From contig OZ076419.1 in NCBI GenBank assembly GCA_964187785.1, positions 36,146,001-36,210,000 on the forward strand: a DNA stretch of 64,000 bases. Direction: 5' to 3'. Every line of letters begins with the position of its first letter. Position 1 is the first letter of the stretch. Of this stretch, positions 13,000 to 25,929 are shown one piece after another. Position numbers and translations under genes: made by a program. Under the pieces are notes generated by a model. That model was not told the DNA's origin. It saw only the letters and a program-made list of their open reading frames with translations, and made no database searches. The DNA comes from Amphiscolops sp. MND2022. Lineage: Eukaryota.

Positions 13000-14525
13000 A
13001 TTTCGGTTTGACGGTCTATGATTATTTTCTGTATTCTCACCCTCGGGCATTTCTCCATCTGTGTGGATTTGTATTGCATCGTTTTCGGGGTCTGTTTGTA
13101 TTGGGGCATATTGTCCCCCTCTCTCCGATGTGGCATAGGTTTTTCCGGCTTCTTCCGGCATTTCTTCTTCGTCATCATCATCATCATCTTCATCTTCCGA
13201 TTCGGTCTCGGTATATTTTTTTGTTTTGCACTATTCGCAGTTTTCCGTTCAGGATGTCTCTTAGGATTTCATCTCATTTCCCGTATTTGCCATCTTGTCC
13301 TCGTAGGCAGTGCCGGTTCTTGGGTGTTATTTCAGCAGAGACTGTTGGTGCCGATTCTCTTCGGTGTCTTTTCTCGCTCTGACATAGTGGACCCGAAATA
13401 TAAGGTTTCGGTGTATTATTTTGCCGTATCTGTTTTTACGGTGTTTTCGGTTCCGCTTATTGCGGTTTGTATTTTTCGTTGAAATCTTCCTTCTAAAGAT
13501 TTTCGGTTGTGTCTTTTTTCAAAGAATTTAAATGGATATCTAACCGAGCTTCTCTTCTTCTTCGTTGATTTTGTTTCCGCAGCCAGTTGCTGTTCTTCGG
13601 TTTTTGTTCTTGCCATCACCAGGTGGTTTGGGCCGATTCGGTGATGAAATGGATAGTTCTGACCAATCTGATAGAAATGATTTTCCGTCTTTTATTATAT
13701 TAGTTAATTCCGTTCTCGGTGTCCGACCGTGATGCAGTTCAAATGGCGTTTTCTTTAATCCCGTGTGTATTGTGAACCGCATTACTCTTAACGCTCTATT
13801 TACGCTTTCGGTTAGGTTGTTACCGTCTTCCATGTTAGCTAATATTAAATTTTTCATTGTTTGTATTGCTCTTTCGACTGTTTCGTTTCCGGTATGCATT
13901 CGCGGAGGACAGTATTGTATTTCTAGGTTTCGGGATTTACAAATTTTTTTTGTATTCGGTTGAAATGAATGCCCCGCCTTTATCGGATTTGATTTTTTCT
14001 GGAATACCGTATAAATTGAATTGGTTTGATAGGAAACCTATGACTTCTTTAGTGTCCGACGTTTTGCATTTTCGATGTCGGCCATTTACTAAATCAGTCT
14101 TTTGCGAATAATATTTGGAGTTCTCCGTTAAAATTTTTGAAATGTAATTTTCCGGTAAAATCTATTTGTAATTCCTGTCCCGGTTCGGATAGGTTTTCTA
14201 ATTTTCCGTATCGGTTTTTTGGAATCTGATATTTAAGATACTTACCTGTAGCTAGGCAGGCTGTGCAGTCTTTAACTTTTTGTTCAATATCTTTCCGCAT
14301 CTCCGGCCACCAGAAGATTTTTGCGTCCGATAACATTTTGGTTGTCCCGGAATGACCGAAGTGTAGTACCTCGATCAGTTTTCTTCGTAAGTCGATTGAG
14401 ACGGCAATTTGGTCGTCTACAAAGACTAAACCCCACCGAATTGATAATTTGTCAAAAACCTGTTTGTAGCCTTCCGGTGCGGTGTCTTTTTCTTCTCTCC
14501 TCATGCTAGCTCGGACACGTGTCAT
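13000..14525 (-). pseudogene. Integrase (HHCC zinc finger, DDE core, C-terminal region), frameshifted
   Basis: LHFGHSG...WWPEMRKDIEQKVKDCTAC; LQIDFTG; VERAIQTMK...TPFELHHGR. Confidence 0.9.
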
Positions 14526-14532
14526 TTCCGGA

Positions 14533-16005
14533 TCAATTGCCGTTTTGGAGATGAGGTTTTTTTAGGTCAAGCATGAAATTGAATTCCGCTTTCTTTATGT
14601 TCTCCTCTGTTAGTTTTTTGTTCTCGGTGATTCTTCCCACTATGTGGTTGATCTGAATGTAGTGGGCTTCTTTACCATATGTGTGGTATTTGCTTAGGTC
14701 GACAATCGGCAAGTTGTCTCCTCGCATTATCACACTGTCTTCCTCGGTATCTACCGTATTTTGTTCGGTTTGTAGTTCTCCTTCTTCTGGTGCCTCCGGT
14801 TCTTCTTCTTCTACTTCTTCGGGTTGTAGTGGCCGGTATCCTCCACCGATTCGATGTGCTCTTTGTGTGAGCTCGGCGTCGATCTCCGCAATTTCTTCGC
14901 GGCTTCTTTTACTCGGTCGTGACGGTGTAAATATCATCCTTGGTGATTGTGTGTCGTACCGTCTCCGCGTAGTTCCGGGTTTTGCAAAGGCTTCTCTTCT
15001 TTCGACTAAACGTCGTGTTTCGGGGCTTTTATTCCGTTTTCTAATTATATCCAAAATTTCTCGGGTTGCTCCCCAGTGGTACAGATTTTCTCGGTTCATC
15101 TTTTCGTTGTCAATGTTTTCTCCACTTGTTATGTTTGAACTTGTCTTTGCGGTGTTAATTTCGGACTGCCCGGATGTGGTTTTCTCACTGTTGTTGGTTT
15201 TGTTCACGTGGTGTTTGATCTGGAATGTTCTATTTTGATGTGATTTGTCTGTGCTTTGCTCAATTTTGTTCTCGGATTGATTTTGTTTTGTCTCGGTGTC
15301 TTGTTTGCTGCGTTCTGATTGGCTGTCGAATAGTGAACTGTATTTTGCGTTCAATTTCGCATGTTCGGTTAATATGTTAATGACGTATTTTTTGTCGTGT
15401 TTGTTTTCTGTTGGTGCTCCCTCTACCGGATTTCTGCTGAGATAGTCGGTAAATTTTAAGTTCTTACCGGCAATATGCTGAACTGCGATGTCAAAATGTG
15501 CTAATCGGTCTAGCCATCTTGTTAGTCTTGCGCTGTATTGGTGATTACTCCGATTCCGTTTTATTAATGGTTCCAGTGCTTGGTGGTCTGTGTATAAAAA
15601 TACTTTCTTTCCGTATAGATAAAATCGGAATTTTTCAAGTCCCCAGCAGACTACTGCTAGTAATTCGAGTTCACCGATTGAATAATTTTTTTCGGTGTCG
15701 TTTAAATATCTACTACCGAATGCGATCGGTTTTATTTCTCCGTCATCTTGTTTTTGCCAGAGTGTTATGCAGAGTGCGGTTTTACTCGCGTCTGTTGTTA
15801 CCATGTTACACTTGTCTTTCGCGTAGTGTGCTAAGCATGGTTTATCAGTCAACATTTGTTTTATTTGTTTGAAGTCTTTTTCTTGTTCTTCCCCCCATAC
15901 CCATGGTTCATTCTTTTTCAACAATTTTCCCAGTCCGTCCGTTTTTTCCGAAAGTTTCGGTAGGAATTTTGCTAAATATTGTATTGCGCCGAGAAATGAT
16001 TTCAG
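14533..16005 (-). pseudogene. RT thumb/connection, RNase H and a long spacer
   Basis: ELKSFLGAIQYL...TTDASK...YSIGELELLAVV...YTDHQAL...DYLSRNP, followed by about 300 aa of low-complexity/acidic spacer before the integrase. Confidence 0.9.
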
Positions 16006-17532
16006 CTCTTTACTGTTATTACTACCGGTGATACAAAACAGTCTTCATCCACGTGATTTATTTTTTCTAGATGTCCGGCTCTTATTAGTTTTTCAAGTTC
16101 TCGTCCCACATCTTCTTGTAGGTGTAGTGGAATCGGTCTCGCTTTTTGTTTTACCGGGAAGTGTCCGGGTTTCAATTGTATATTTATTTCGGTATCTTTT
16201 ATTGTTCGGTTGTTTTCGAATAGGTCCGGGAATTTTTTGATTACTTTTTCTTTTTCCGATTGGTTGGATTCGGTTAATTGTATTCTTCCGATTGTCAATT
16301 TGAATTTTTTCATCCAGTCCATACCCAATAATGGTGTTATATCCGTTCTTTCGGTGATTAGTATTTCCATCTTTTGTTTGTTGTTTTCGTACTCCATGTG
16401 TACCGGTATCTTCCCCGGAATTTTACTTCGTTTTTGTTCACGTCTTGGTATCAGTTTGCTATTTTCTGGATTTCGGTCTTCTTCAACATTTGTTCGTCTA
16501 GTGGCATCATTGTTACTGGGGATCCGATGTCTATTATAAATTCTTTTGGTGTTCCGTTTGTTTCTATTTTTGCTGTGTAGTGTTTCTGTTGTTCTACGAT
16601 CTTCTTTATTTCTTCTATGTGGTATATACTCTCATCGGATTCACTCATCGATTCATTCGGTTCTATTTCTTTTTCTTCGGTAAGTTTTCTTACTGTTCGG
16701 TTGTTCTTTATTCTTTGTTTGCACACTCGTGCGTAGTGTCCTTTCTTTCCGCAATTGTTGCAATTTGAATTCGGTGCGGGGCATTTGTGTATTGGGCTCC
16801 AGTTCGGTGCGTTGCAAAATCTGCATGGTTTATCTTCCTGTTATTCTTGTTTTCGGCCTGGTACCGTAATTTTCCAATCTTTGTCTTTGTTCCTCTTTGA
16901 TTATTTGTTTTTCTTTTGTTGTAATCAGGGCTTCTGGTATTGTATTTTTCTTGTTTTTTTTTCATAGGTATTTTGTTTGATCATTTCGATCGTTTTCTTC
17001 TCTAATGTTTTCTCTTTCAATAGTTTGTCCCGTAGTTTCTTGTCTGTTATCACCGTCATGTGTTTGGATTTTAGTAATTCTTCGGCTGATATACTGCCGA
17101 AGTTGCATTCCTTTTCTATCTCGATGAGTCTTCTCCAAAATTCTTCGGGTGTCTCGTTTTCCGATTGTTTTGCCCAAAAAAGTCCCCTCTATTGTGGTAT
17201 GTCTTGCGTTTTGGGAGGTAATGTTCGGTATACAACCGAATTAGATCTTTGATTTTGATACTGTCCGTTTCCGTTTTGTACTCGGCCCTGGTTATCTGAT
17301 ATAGTGCTTCCGGTCCCACTCCCCGAATAAAGTCTTCTTGGATGTTTGTTTCTCTTTCGGCGGTCCATCCGGCCTCTGTGATATCTTCTCCCTTTATCAG
17401 CGGAGTGATGTCAATTTTGTGTTCTCGTTTGGTTAACTGCCGGAATCTGTCCAGCCATTGTCTTGGGGTAAATATTTGGTTTCCGTCCGATGGCTTTGCT
17501 TCTAGGTTCGGTACGGTGTTCTTTTCTGCCAT
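16002..17532 (-). pseudogene. gag: Gag, protease and RT N-terminus, fragmented
   Basis: gag 17116-17532 (TPRQWLDRF...IQEDFIRGVGPEAL); protease FIIDIGSP (D-T/S-G motif mutated); RT start KARPIPLHLQEDV...FVSPVVITVK. Confidence 0.85.
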
Positions 17533-17568
17533 GGTTCCGGATAAAAATTTTCGGTTTGTTTTTTAAAA

Positions 17569-17585
17569 TCTTGCTTACTGCGCCA
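17569..17585 (-). other. Primer-binding site (tRNA-Ser-like)
   Basis: TGGCGCAGTAAGCAAGA immediately after the 5' LTR. The tRNA assignment comes from resemblance to Ser tRNA 3' ends. Confidence 0.75.
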
Positions 17586-17797
17586 TGTTGTATCTTTAAC
17601 TGTTACTAGGAAAAGAACACAGTTTTCTAGAAGTATCTCTTTACTCTACTCAAGCGTACGCTTTGTATCAAGTAACATAAATGAATGTTTCAGTATATAT
17701 CTACTGTTTGTAAACATTAAGCAGGTATGTCTACCACCGGAGTTCGGTAAAGGTCAGTTTTCAGTTTCTTGATAATTGACGGAGGAACCGTATAACA
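17586..17797 (-). repeat. 5' LTR (212 bp)
   Basis: Direct repeat of 12569-12781, followed by TSD GTCGT. Confidence 0.95.
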
Positions 17798-18161
17798 GTC
17801 GTCAGCCTATAAAGCTGGCGGCTCTCAATATTGAAAAAATTTTGCATTGCATGTCACGTCAAACCGCGTTTGGAAAAAAATATGATTTCAGTTTGATCAT
17901 AATCTGGGCTATTCATGATTCCAGACCGGACCATTTATTGTTTGAAACTGGACCATAGTAGTTTATGGTTCCAAATGAACCATACTCTGAAACATATACC
18001 ATTACGATACATACGCCGCAATGAACTAGCAAGATTTTGACGATTCCAGGTTGATCATGGTAAGACCGTAGAAAAAAATCGTTTGTATGATACTATATAT
18101 GATCAGAGTATTATCAACCTGGCCGGCAAACCCGGGAAATCTAAATCCATTTTTTTTCTTT

Positions 18162-18777
18162 TTATTAGGAGTCGGCAAAAATTCGAAAAAGTTTTTCGAC
18201 TACTTATGCAATCGTGTCGTTTTGTATTTTTTCTACCGACCTTTCAAAGAAACGTTCAAATTTCTTAAAAAACTGTCCATCCGATTTTCATAAAATTTTG
18301 CACAGTAATTCTACAGCTAAAGGAGCACCTGCCTGTGTAAAGGCATCAAAATTCTATGATTGAAATGTGAGAAACCTAGCCAAGATTAGCCCAAAATTGA
18401 ACAAAAAACAGTCACTTTTCGCCATTTTTTTTGATATTTCAAAAACTGTTCAAACGATTCAAACGAAACTTTCAACAGTCATTCTATACCATATTAGATT
18501 CCTATATGTGCAATGGCATCAAATACGTATGGCTAGGATGTGAGAAACATCGCAAAAATTAACCCAAAAAAGGCCAAAAAACAGCCATTTTTCGACTATC
18601 TTCAATTTTCTCAAAAGATCATCTCCCTACGCTTCGAACGAAATTTGCTACAGTCAATCTACGCCCTTTGTATGGTTCCATATGTGCAATTTCAATCAAT
18701 TCGTATAACTGGGATTTGAGTGAGTCAGGAGGAAAAAGACGTAAGCCGACTCCTTTACCGCATATTCGGCTCTGGTT
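18162..18777 (+). mobile_element. HINE/Helentron-like element with central ~172-bp tandem units, copy A
   Basis: 5' AGGAGTCGG (18167) and 3' CCGACTCCT (18746) subterminal inverted repeats, then a 3' palindrome CCGCATAT(T)CGG and CTCTGGTT. Confidence 0.7.
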
Positions 18778-20341
18778 GGCCGCGTCTTTTTGATGGTCTA
18801 AAAGAATGGAGGAGCGGGTAGGGTCCTTTTTAAAAAGACGTTTCCAAAAAGATCAATATGATAAAGATATCAAATTTGCCCTTAGGAAATTCCTGAAACT
18901 TTGCATACGGCCCCGAATTGGTGAGCAATGGAAAAGTGGTAATTTTTCACAATTATCAAATTTAAGAGCCCATTTCTCGTTCCGAGGTGCCGGGAGCGGT
19001 TCTCACGTCGACGCCTATAATGCTCAGCGGTGTTGAAAGAGTGCGGGGACAAATTTTCGTCCCAATCGGATAAAAATTGACTGAGTAAAAACCGCTTTTT
19101 TGAAGCATTTTTTCGGAATTTTTCGTAATTCCAGTCTATCTCGTTTTTTTGCCCAATTTTTTTCCGAGACCCTCTCCTAAAGGCCTTCCCTGGCTGCATT
19201 TCTTTCTAACAAAACCTTTTGGCACTTTTGCCGCAGTTTCAGCGATCCAAGTTTCCCCGGGCAAAAGATAAATGTCTTGGAATTTTTTCAAAAATAAAAA
19301 AAATTCAACTTCAGGCCTCCCAAAGTTAAGAAACTTCCACACAACTAGAATTGCAAGTGGGGGCATGTGGAAAGCCCTTGAACTGAGGAGCAAAATGCCG
19401 TAAAGAACGTCTTTCTATCTTAATCTGACGTTGATCATGATATTTTGAGTGTGAACTTGATATGTGAAAAAAAAATTTAAAATATGAAAATGGAAGCTAA
19501 GTCTCGTCGAAAACTCATGTATTTATCATGAAAGTATTCCATTTTATTGAGATTAAATTTTGTATTTGTCTTTTGTATTTACTTTTGTATAAGCCGGCGT
19601 CCACATACGAACACCAACGACAACCGTCCGTAGGCATGCCGAGGCATGCGTTTCAACGACGTATACCAATTACCAAATGCCACGCAGTCTTTTGCGCTAG
19701 TTTCTGAAGATCTTCATTCATCTTCTAATTTCGGTGTCTTCAAAGTAAGCAATGATTCATCAACAAATCATTTTAAGGATTATGGCTTCAGGATGCAAAC
19801 TATTGAACTTAAGTACTAGCGCAGAAATCTTTGCAAAACTATAGCAACAGTTCCATGCGTCTTCATTGTTATCATCGAATGATTCCATTTGGTTTTTTGC
19901 GTGGGAATATTTGTGACAAAGAAAGGATTGAAAAAAAGCTCAAAAACTTATGTATTATGTTGAACATGTGGCCATAGAAACATATCATTGTTTTCTTTCG
20001 CAAAATTGTTTGTACATGTAATACATTTTAAATATTTCAATTATATTCGTGTACCCTTTGAAATTATGAAAAAGTCAAAACGGGGCCTTTTCTTTTGTTT
20101 GTTAGTTCACCGTATTAGTGCTCCCGCTTGTTCTCTTTTGGTTCAATGTTGCTATTATTGCGATTATGAGTTGAGCTTAGTAAATAACCTATCACCAGGA
20201 GCTTTTGAAGAAGTAACACTGTAGCAATATGTGTTCAAGTGGGCAGGCTTTCTTCTGTCCGTTATTCAAGAATAAAGCGGATAGTTTGGAATTTTTCAAT
20301 TTTGTTGAGTTCGTTTTGCGTAATATTTCAAAAGCTGAATA

Positions 20342-21109
20342 TTTTTAGGGGTCGGAAAAAATTTTCGACTACTTATGCAATCGTGCTGTTTTTTTCTCCC
20401 GACCTTTTCATGAAAATTTCAAATTTCTCAAAAACTGTCCATACGATTTTCACGAAATTTTACACAGTCTTTCCACACCCAAAAGGGCCCCTGCGTGCGC
20501 AAAGGCATCAAAACCGTATGGTTGGGATGTGAGAAACATAGCCAAAATTAGCCCAAAAATGGCCAAAAAACAGCGAATTTTCTACTTTTTTCGATTTTCT
20601 CAAAAACTGTCCATACGATTCGAACGGAATTTTCGACAGTTATTCTACACCATATTAGAGTCTTATATGTGCAATGGCATGAAAATCGTATGGCTGGGAT
20701 GTGAGAAACATAGCCAAAATTAGCCCAAAAATGGCCAAAAAACAGTCATTTTTCGATTTTTTTTTCGATTTTCTCAAAAACTGTCCATACGATTCGAACG
20801 AAATTTTCTACAGTCATTCTACACCATATTATGGTCCTTTATGTGCAGTTTCATTAAATTCGTATGGCTGAGATGTGAGAAACATAGCCAAATTTAGCCC
20901 AAAAATGGCCAAAAAACAGTCATTTTTCGATTTTTTCTATTTTCTCAAAAACTGTCCATACGATTCGAAGAAAAAATTTTACAGTCATTTTCTACACCAT
21001 AGAATGGTCCTATGTGTGCAATTCCAATAAATTGTTATGGCTGGGATTGGGGCGAGTCAGAAGAAAAAAAAACCTAAGCCGACTCCTTTACCGCATATGC
21101 GCTCTGGTT
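20342..21109 (+). mobile_element. HINE/Helentron-like element, copy B (4 tandem units)
   Basis: Unit marker CTCAAAAACTGTCCATACGATT at 20427, 20599, 20773 and 20944 (period 171-174 bp); same terminal motifs as copy A. Confidence 0.75.
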
Positions 21110-21400
21110 TGTAATAATTAGAACTTTGGACCTTTAGAATGGGAAAACTCATTTCGGCAACTTTCTATGAAATGAAATTTCATCCCATCAACTTTGTTGA
21201 AACCGAAATTTGCGCCTGATTCAACATCGACTTGTTTGTTCTAATGATCTTGAAATATTTTTCGAAATCATTAAAAAGTGTAATGCAGGGCTAGAAAAGT
21301 TTGTGAAATCATCTTGAACAGTTAAGCTCTAACAAAATACCAGCAAAATGTGAACAATAGGTCATGTCAAATTAGAATTATTGATCTGTTCTTCTTTCAG

Positions 21401-21458
21401 GAAGCCGAACTAACAGAAGTCAGTGAAGATATTTGTCGGAGAGAATCCGCAATTCATG
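21401..21458 (+). CDS. Short exon of serine protease gene A
   Basis: Acceptor ttcttctttcAG; phase 0 matches the preceding donor. EAELTEVSEDICRRESAIH(G) resembles the trypsin 'Q-A-V-I---C' stretch. The donor G|GTTGGG is weak. Confidence 0.55.
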
Positions 21459-22330
21459 GTTGGGAATACTTCTGTCAAAAATAAAGTTGTATTCAAGATA
21501 ATACCCTGATTGCCCAAAAACACGAGACCAAACCAGTGGAATAACTAGTGTAATACTTCTCTTAAAGAGGCTGTTTCCATGTTTTGTGAGTGCCATTCAA
21601 AAGGTTATACGCAACGGAACATCGGAACGTTATCACGTTGGAAATCGTTGTTTACAAAAACCAATGAAATTAGAACAAAGCACATTGAATTCATTGGATT
21701 ATCGGATCGTGTTGGCTTGTTCATAGTTTTGAACAAGTTCCTTTTAGGCGTTTTTCCTCTATTAGGTGTTTATGATATGTGATCATAAACCATAATTCAC
21801 GAAGAAAATGACCGGACAAGGCTTGATCTTATTCCTGGCCTGGCTCGAGAAAATAAGCTCTTATATAGTTGTACCTACAGACCAGTGTTATATGCTGCTT
21901 TCAACATGGAAAAATGCTAGAAAAAACTTGGTACAATGCAGCATTCACATTTTCAAAGTCCAACATGTTTTCTTGTTTCAACGTTTCGACCTCTTTGTTT
22001 TCACACGTAAACCTCTCAAGTTTTCAAAGTTTGTAATCACTGTTATTATTTTCCGTCCACATATAATGGGGGAGGAAAATCATAGCTGGGTTGCGTTTTT
22101 TTTCCAAATTCTGCCAAATCTCCTCCCAGTTTCTTCGACCTCACCTATAGTAACTAAAATAGTCAAGTAACTAAAACAGCTTAGAGGGGGGAATAATATC
22201 TAAATTGAAAAATGTGAATAAGATCAGAAGGGAACAAGATCTAAAAATTACTAAATTTTAGATCTTATAATATTTTAAATTCTATTACCCTCTCGCAAAA
22301 TACCCTCGCAAAATACCCTCGCAAAATAGC

Positions 22331-22393
22331 TATGGCTCAGTTGGTGAAGGCGAAGAAGGCGGAAAATATCCCGGTGCTTAGCGGGCGTCTTGT
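22331..22393 (+). repeat. Internally deleted copy of the tRNA-derived SINE
   Basis: GGCTCAGTTGGT A box joined directly to the SINE body, which matches the 5230-5379 copy with 3 mismatches over ~36 bp. Confidence 0.55.
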
Positions 22394-23199
22394 CCAAATG
22401 TACGCTGAATATTGCAACACTTTGAAATTTTAACTCAGTACTTTTGAAGTTGATTTGCATTAAATTGATGTGGAAATGATAAAGTCTCAGTTTCTGATAT
22501 AACTGCGATATGACTTTCACTTCATCTCCACTAATCCATTAAAACATAATTCACTTGTAGTCTAGACGTATATAACTCGTCTACCATAATAACTTGTCTA
22601 GCATATAGTCAGAAGTATCAAAGAATCTGTCAATGACTTCAGATATATTATAAATCCAGACGGACAATGAATATTTCTACAACTCCGTTTTTTTTGGGAC
22701 CTGTAATCTGCAACTATAGTAGACTCTCTTGAAAGTACTCCAACGCCGTCCATTTTAAATTGAAGTTTCAATCGTGCCTTCAACTAACAACCAAACAAAA
22801 TACATTACTTTCTAAGTCAACAATGTACTTTGATTGGTGCGACCATATTCGTCTTTCTTTTTCTTAGTCCTTTTTCTGCTTTTTCTCGACAAACCTTCCT
22901 GTTCGACTCAGCCTTAGTAGAAATACTTTTCTTTACTAACCAAATTTGTTAGTTCCGTACTTCAATATTCGTAGACAATTCTGTCATTTTGCTTCTGTAC
23001 CAATCAGCCAATATGACTTCATTTGACATGATGCATGACCTCAAAAATTTTCACAATCCTGAAAGTTCTTCAGACTCTTCGACCGATAAGTTGACAGATG
23101 ACATCTAGTTTAGGAAGTTGACACTTCATTGTTGAAGTTGACATATTGTAATGATTCCTTCACAAATATAATCGTTCTGTTTTTACTTTGTAATACCCT

Positions 23200-23700
23200 G
23201 AAAGATATTTAGTTTTAGTAGTGACTTTTCATTATCGATGTAATCATACGATGTAATCGCCTTAACTTTATGATCAGAGTAACTTGAATTCCTGATTCAA
23301 AAAGGTCTCTCACTATATATCTAGGGAAGATCTACTTAAAGACATCACATAAAAAAATATAGCCCTCTGAGAACCGTTTCGCTCAAAACCAGAAAACTTC
23401 TCATATACCTTTTTGAAAGAATAAAACTACCAACCACAACAGTTTTAAGCAGCACAATTGGTGCAACCAGGAAAATAAATTTCTCCCTACCTCTTTTTCG
23501 AGTACTCTCCTGCTGTACTCGGTTTCTCAGCTTCTTCATTTGCTAGCTCTTTGCCAGAAACACAGTTTCATCTCCACTATTCATCATCTACTGCTGGTAT
23601 ATTAACGTTCCAGCCAATTTTCACAAAAAATCGATTCCTGTTGGTAATTCGCGTCTCCGTTCCAACCACTACAAAGTTATATGTGTTGGTAATTCTCTTC
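23200..23700 (+). repeat. LTR end, PBS and leader of a diverged relative of the 14-kb element
   Basis: AAGCAGCACA-AT-TGGTGCAACCAGG (~23447-23471) mirrors AAGCAGTACA-AT-TGGTGCGATCAAG of the 14-kb element; the leader motifs CGTTCCAACC and TGTTGG follow. Confidence 0.55.
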
Positions 23701-24339
23701 TCCGTTTTTCAAAACACTGAAAAAATGTGGTTCGCGTTGGTGTCTGTTGTTCATGGTCAAACTGCAGACATGCGATTCGTCGTGTTGATTTTTCAAAAAA
23801 AGTGCTATCCAGTAGTTTTGCTATTTTAAAGCTAAGATCAACTTTATTTTTCGTTGACATAACCATGAAACAACCATAAAACGTTCATTCTCTTTTCGAA
23901 AATTTTAGTACAACAAAACTATGTAATCACCCCAACCTATAGCACCTTCCTTATTCTAAATTTCTCGCTAATCCCAAATATCACCAATAAAACACAATTT
24001 AAGATTCTTTCAATGCCTTCTGTTGATGTTTTTGTTCTCAAATTTCAAATTTCTTTTATATCATAATTTTTTAAATACATTTCCTCGAACACCCATTTTT
24101 GCATATATATTTTTGGTACCCCTATGAGATGCTAAGCTCAAAACCACTTTTTTCATTTGAGATTTTATCAATCACACAAATAAAAGTTTGCAACGGCTTT
24201 GATTCATTGCTCACTGGGACTGTATCGGATGAACCTCAAACAGACAAGGAAAAGTTTCAGCATCGAACACCTCCCTTTCCGTTTCGAAGGTATCGACTGT
24301 TTCATTTGCCAAAATATCTTGAGGAGGGACAGCCTGTGA

Positions 24340-24504
24340 AAAAAGGTCATGCAAGAAAACTTGATCCTTGCAAGATTCTTGCAAGATGACAGAAATCATA
24401 CAAGAATCTTGCAAGAAATCTTCCAGATTAATGCATTCACTTGCAGCAATTTGCAAGAATGTCTGTCAGAATCTTGCAAGATATATATGCGTTCCCAACT
24501 AGGG
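24340..24504. repeat. Terminal fragment of a MITE with CTTGCAAG subterminal repeats
   Basis: Clustered palindromic CTTGCAAG units ending in CCCAACTAGGG; the other end was not found. Confidence 0.45.
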
Positions 24505-25929
24505 TAAAATATGTGTATCGTCGTTACCGTCTGTCAAACCTCAGAGAAAACATGATTATTTTGAAGAAAAAACAAAGAAACTGAACATAAAAGACAATGG
24601 AACTCTATTGGTTACAACAAGCCGGGAACGGCCCAAGTCTGCGAAACATCTAAGGCTCAAAAATAGCAGAAGGACTTCAAAGTGTCAAGTATTTTCTTCT
24701 ACAGTACCCGCATGAGGAAAAAATTGAAAAAAAAATGAATTTTTTTTTCAAATTTTTTTTGGTCTCCGGGAAGTCGCATAGTGCCGAAAAATGTAAAAGG
24801 GGACCTCAAAAAAGCCGAATTAACCTCTATCTCAAGTGCCAGTAGTAGTGTGGCATTTAGTGTTAGTTCAAGTCAGCTTATAAAACTTAAAAAATCTGAA
24901 ACTTCGTTGGTCTTAGGAAAATTCACTACTCTAGTCTGCGTTTTCTACGAAAAGCTCCGACTAACATTATGCTTGACGTTTTACGAACTTCCGACTTCTT
25001 CCGAAATATTATACCTAACGATCAGCCTATACCACAAATCAAATTCGTCTCTTACTGTTCTTGAAGAAGGTTTTCCGATATAATTATGGGTAGATCATGA
25101 TCAACCTGCATACAGGAAATGGTTTTAAACATCGATGTTATAGAAACCCTTTAGTGCTGCATGTTCCATACTTTGAAATCATAGCTTTTAAAAATGGCTC
25201 TATCGTTGAACAATCTGAAACCTGTCAAAGCAGACCTTAAATGGCTTCCAATACAGTTTTCGACAACTGAACACCACAAGATGATAATGATAATGTTACA
25301 ACAAAAAAAAGAAAACATGAAAGAATCACAAGTTGAAACGAAGGAAATTCGTACCATAATTCATCAACCAGGCCAATACAATGAAATGCTTGAAAGATCA
25401 TCATCAGCACTAGATGAAACTCTCAAAAAAACCTTCCTACTGATACGTATAGTACAACACCCACCATAGATTCAAATAAACTTATGGTTCCTAACAAACA
25501 AACGATTAAACAAGAGAACAATAATGTTAATCAAAGTGGTTCATCAACACTATCCACATTGAATACAAATTTGAAATACCACAGTTTCAAACACAACCAT
25601 TAGCATGGTAAGTTCTGATCGGCTACCACCAGACGTAAAGCTTCCATAAAATGCTCTTTCTTTTGTACAGATCTTAGTTAGTACATTCGCCTAAACAGTA
25701 CATACAGACAAGATCGTACACAGAAGTACGTAACACAAATGAAAAACCCAAAGATAATAAACGATGTCAACCTTCTAATACATAATGTAGCTCATACATA
25801 CCATACAAATCTGACAAAATTTGATCCACAATCAAATTATGATTTATCATCCACTGATGATACACATCAAACTAATCACTTCTCTTCACATCAAATCTAC
25901 AAGACAGATCCATCAACATCTTTTCTTAC

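Larger units (their letters stand above)
12569..17797 (-). mobile_element. Ty3/Gypsy LTR retrotransposon, 5.2 kb, internally deleted (non-autonomous)
   Basis: Two LTRs (12569-12781, 17586-17797; TG...CA; about 10 substitutions plus 1 indel counted by eye), 5-bp TSD GTCGT on both sides, PBS, PPT, and gag, protease, RNase H and integrase ORF fragments. Confidence 0.95.

Noticed and set aside
12918-17566. Numerous + strand ORFs over the Gypsy element (e.g. 14681-15238)
   Set aside because: Antisense shadows of the minus-strand gag-pol.
20345-21110. CRISPR-like array interpretation of the tandem repeats
   Set aside because: The units are whole ~172-bp repeats without unique spacers, there are no cas genes, and the context is eukaryotic.
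21480-21700. Degenerate Ser-region exon (GITS...FVSAIQKVI)
   Set aside because: Needs stops and frameshifts and lacks GDSGG; a canonical GDSGGP exon exists at 32100.
22824-22850. Second PBS-like TGGTGCGACC
   Set aside because: No clear CA-ended LTR or downstream coding region could be tied to it.
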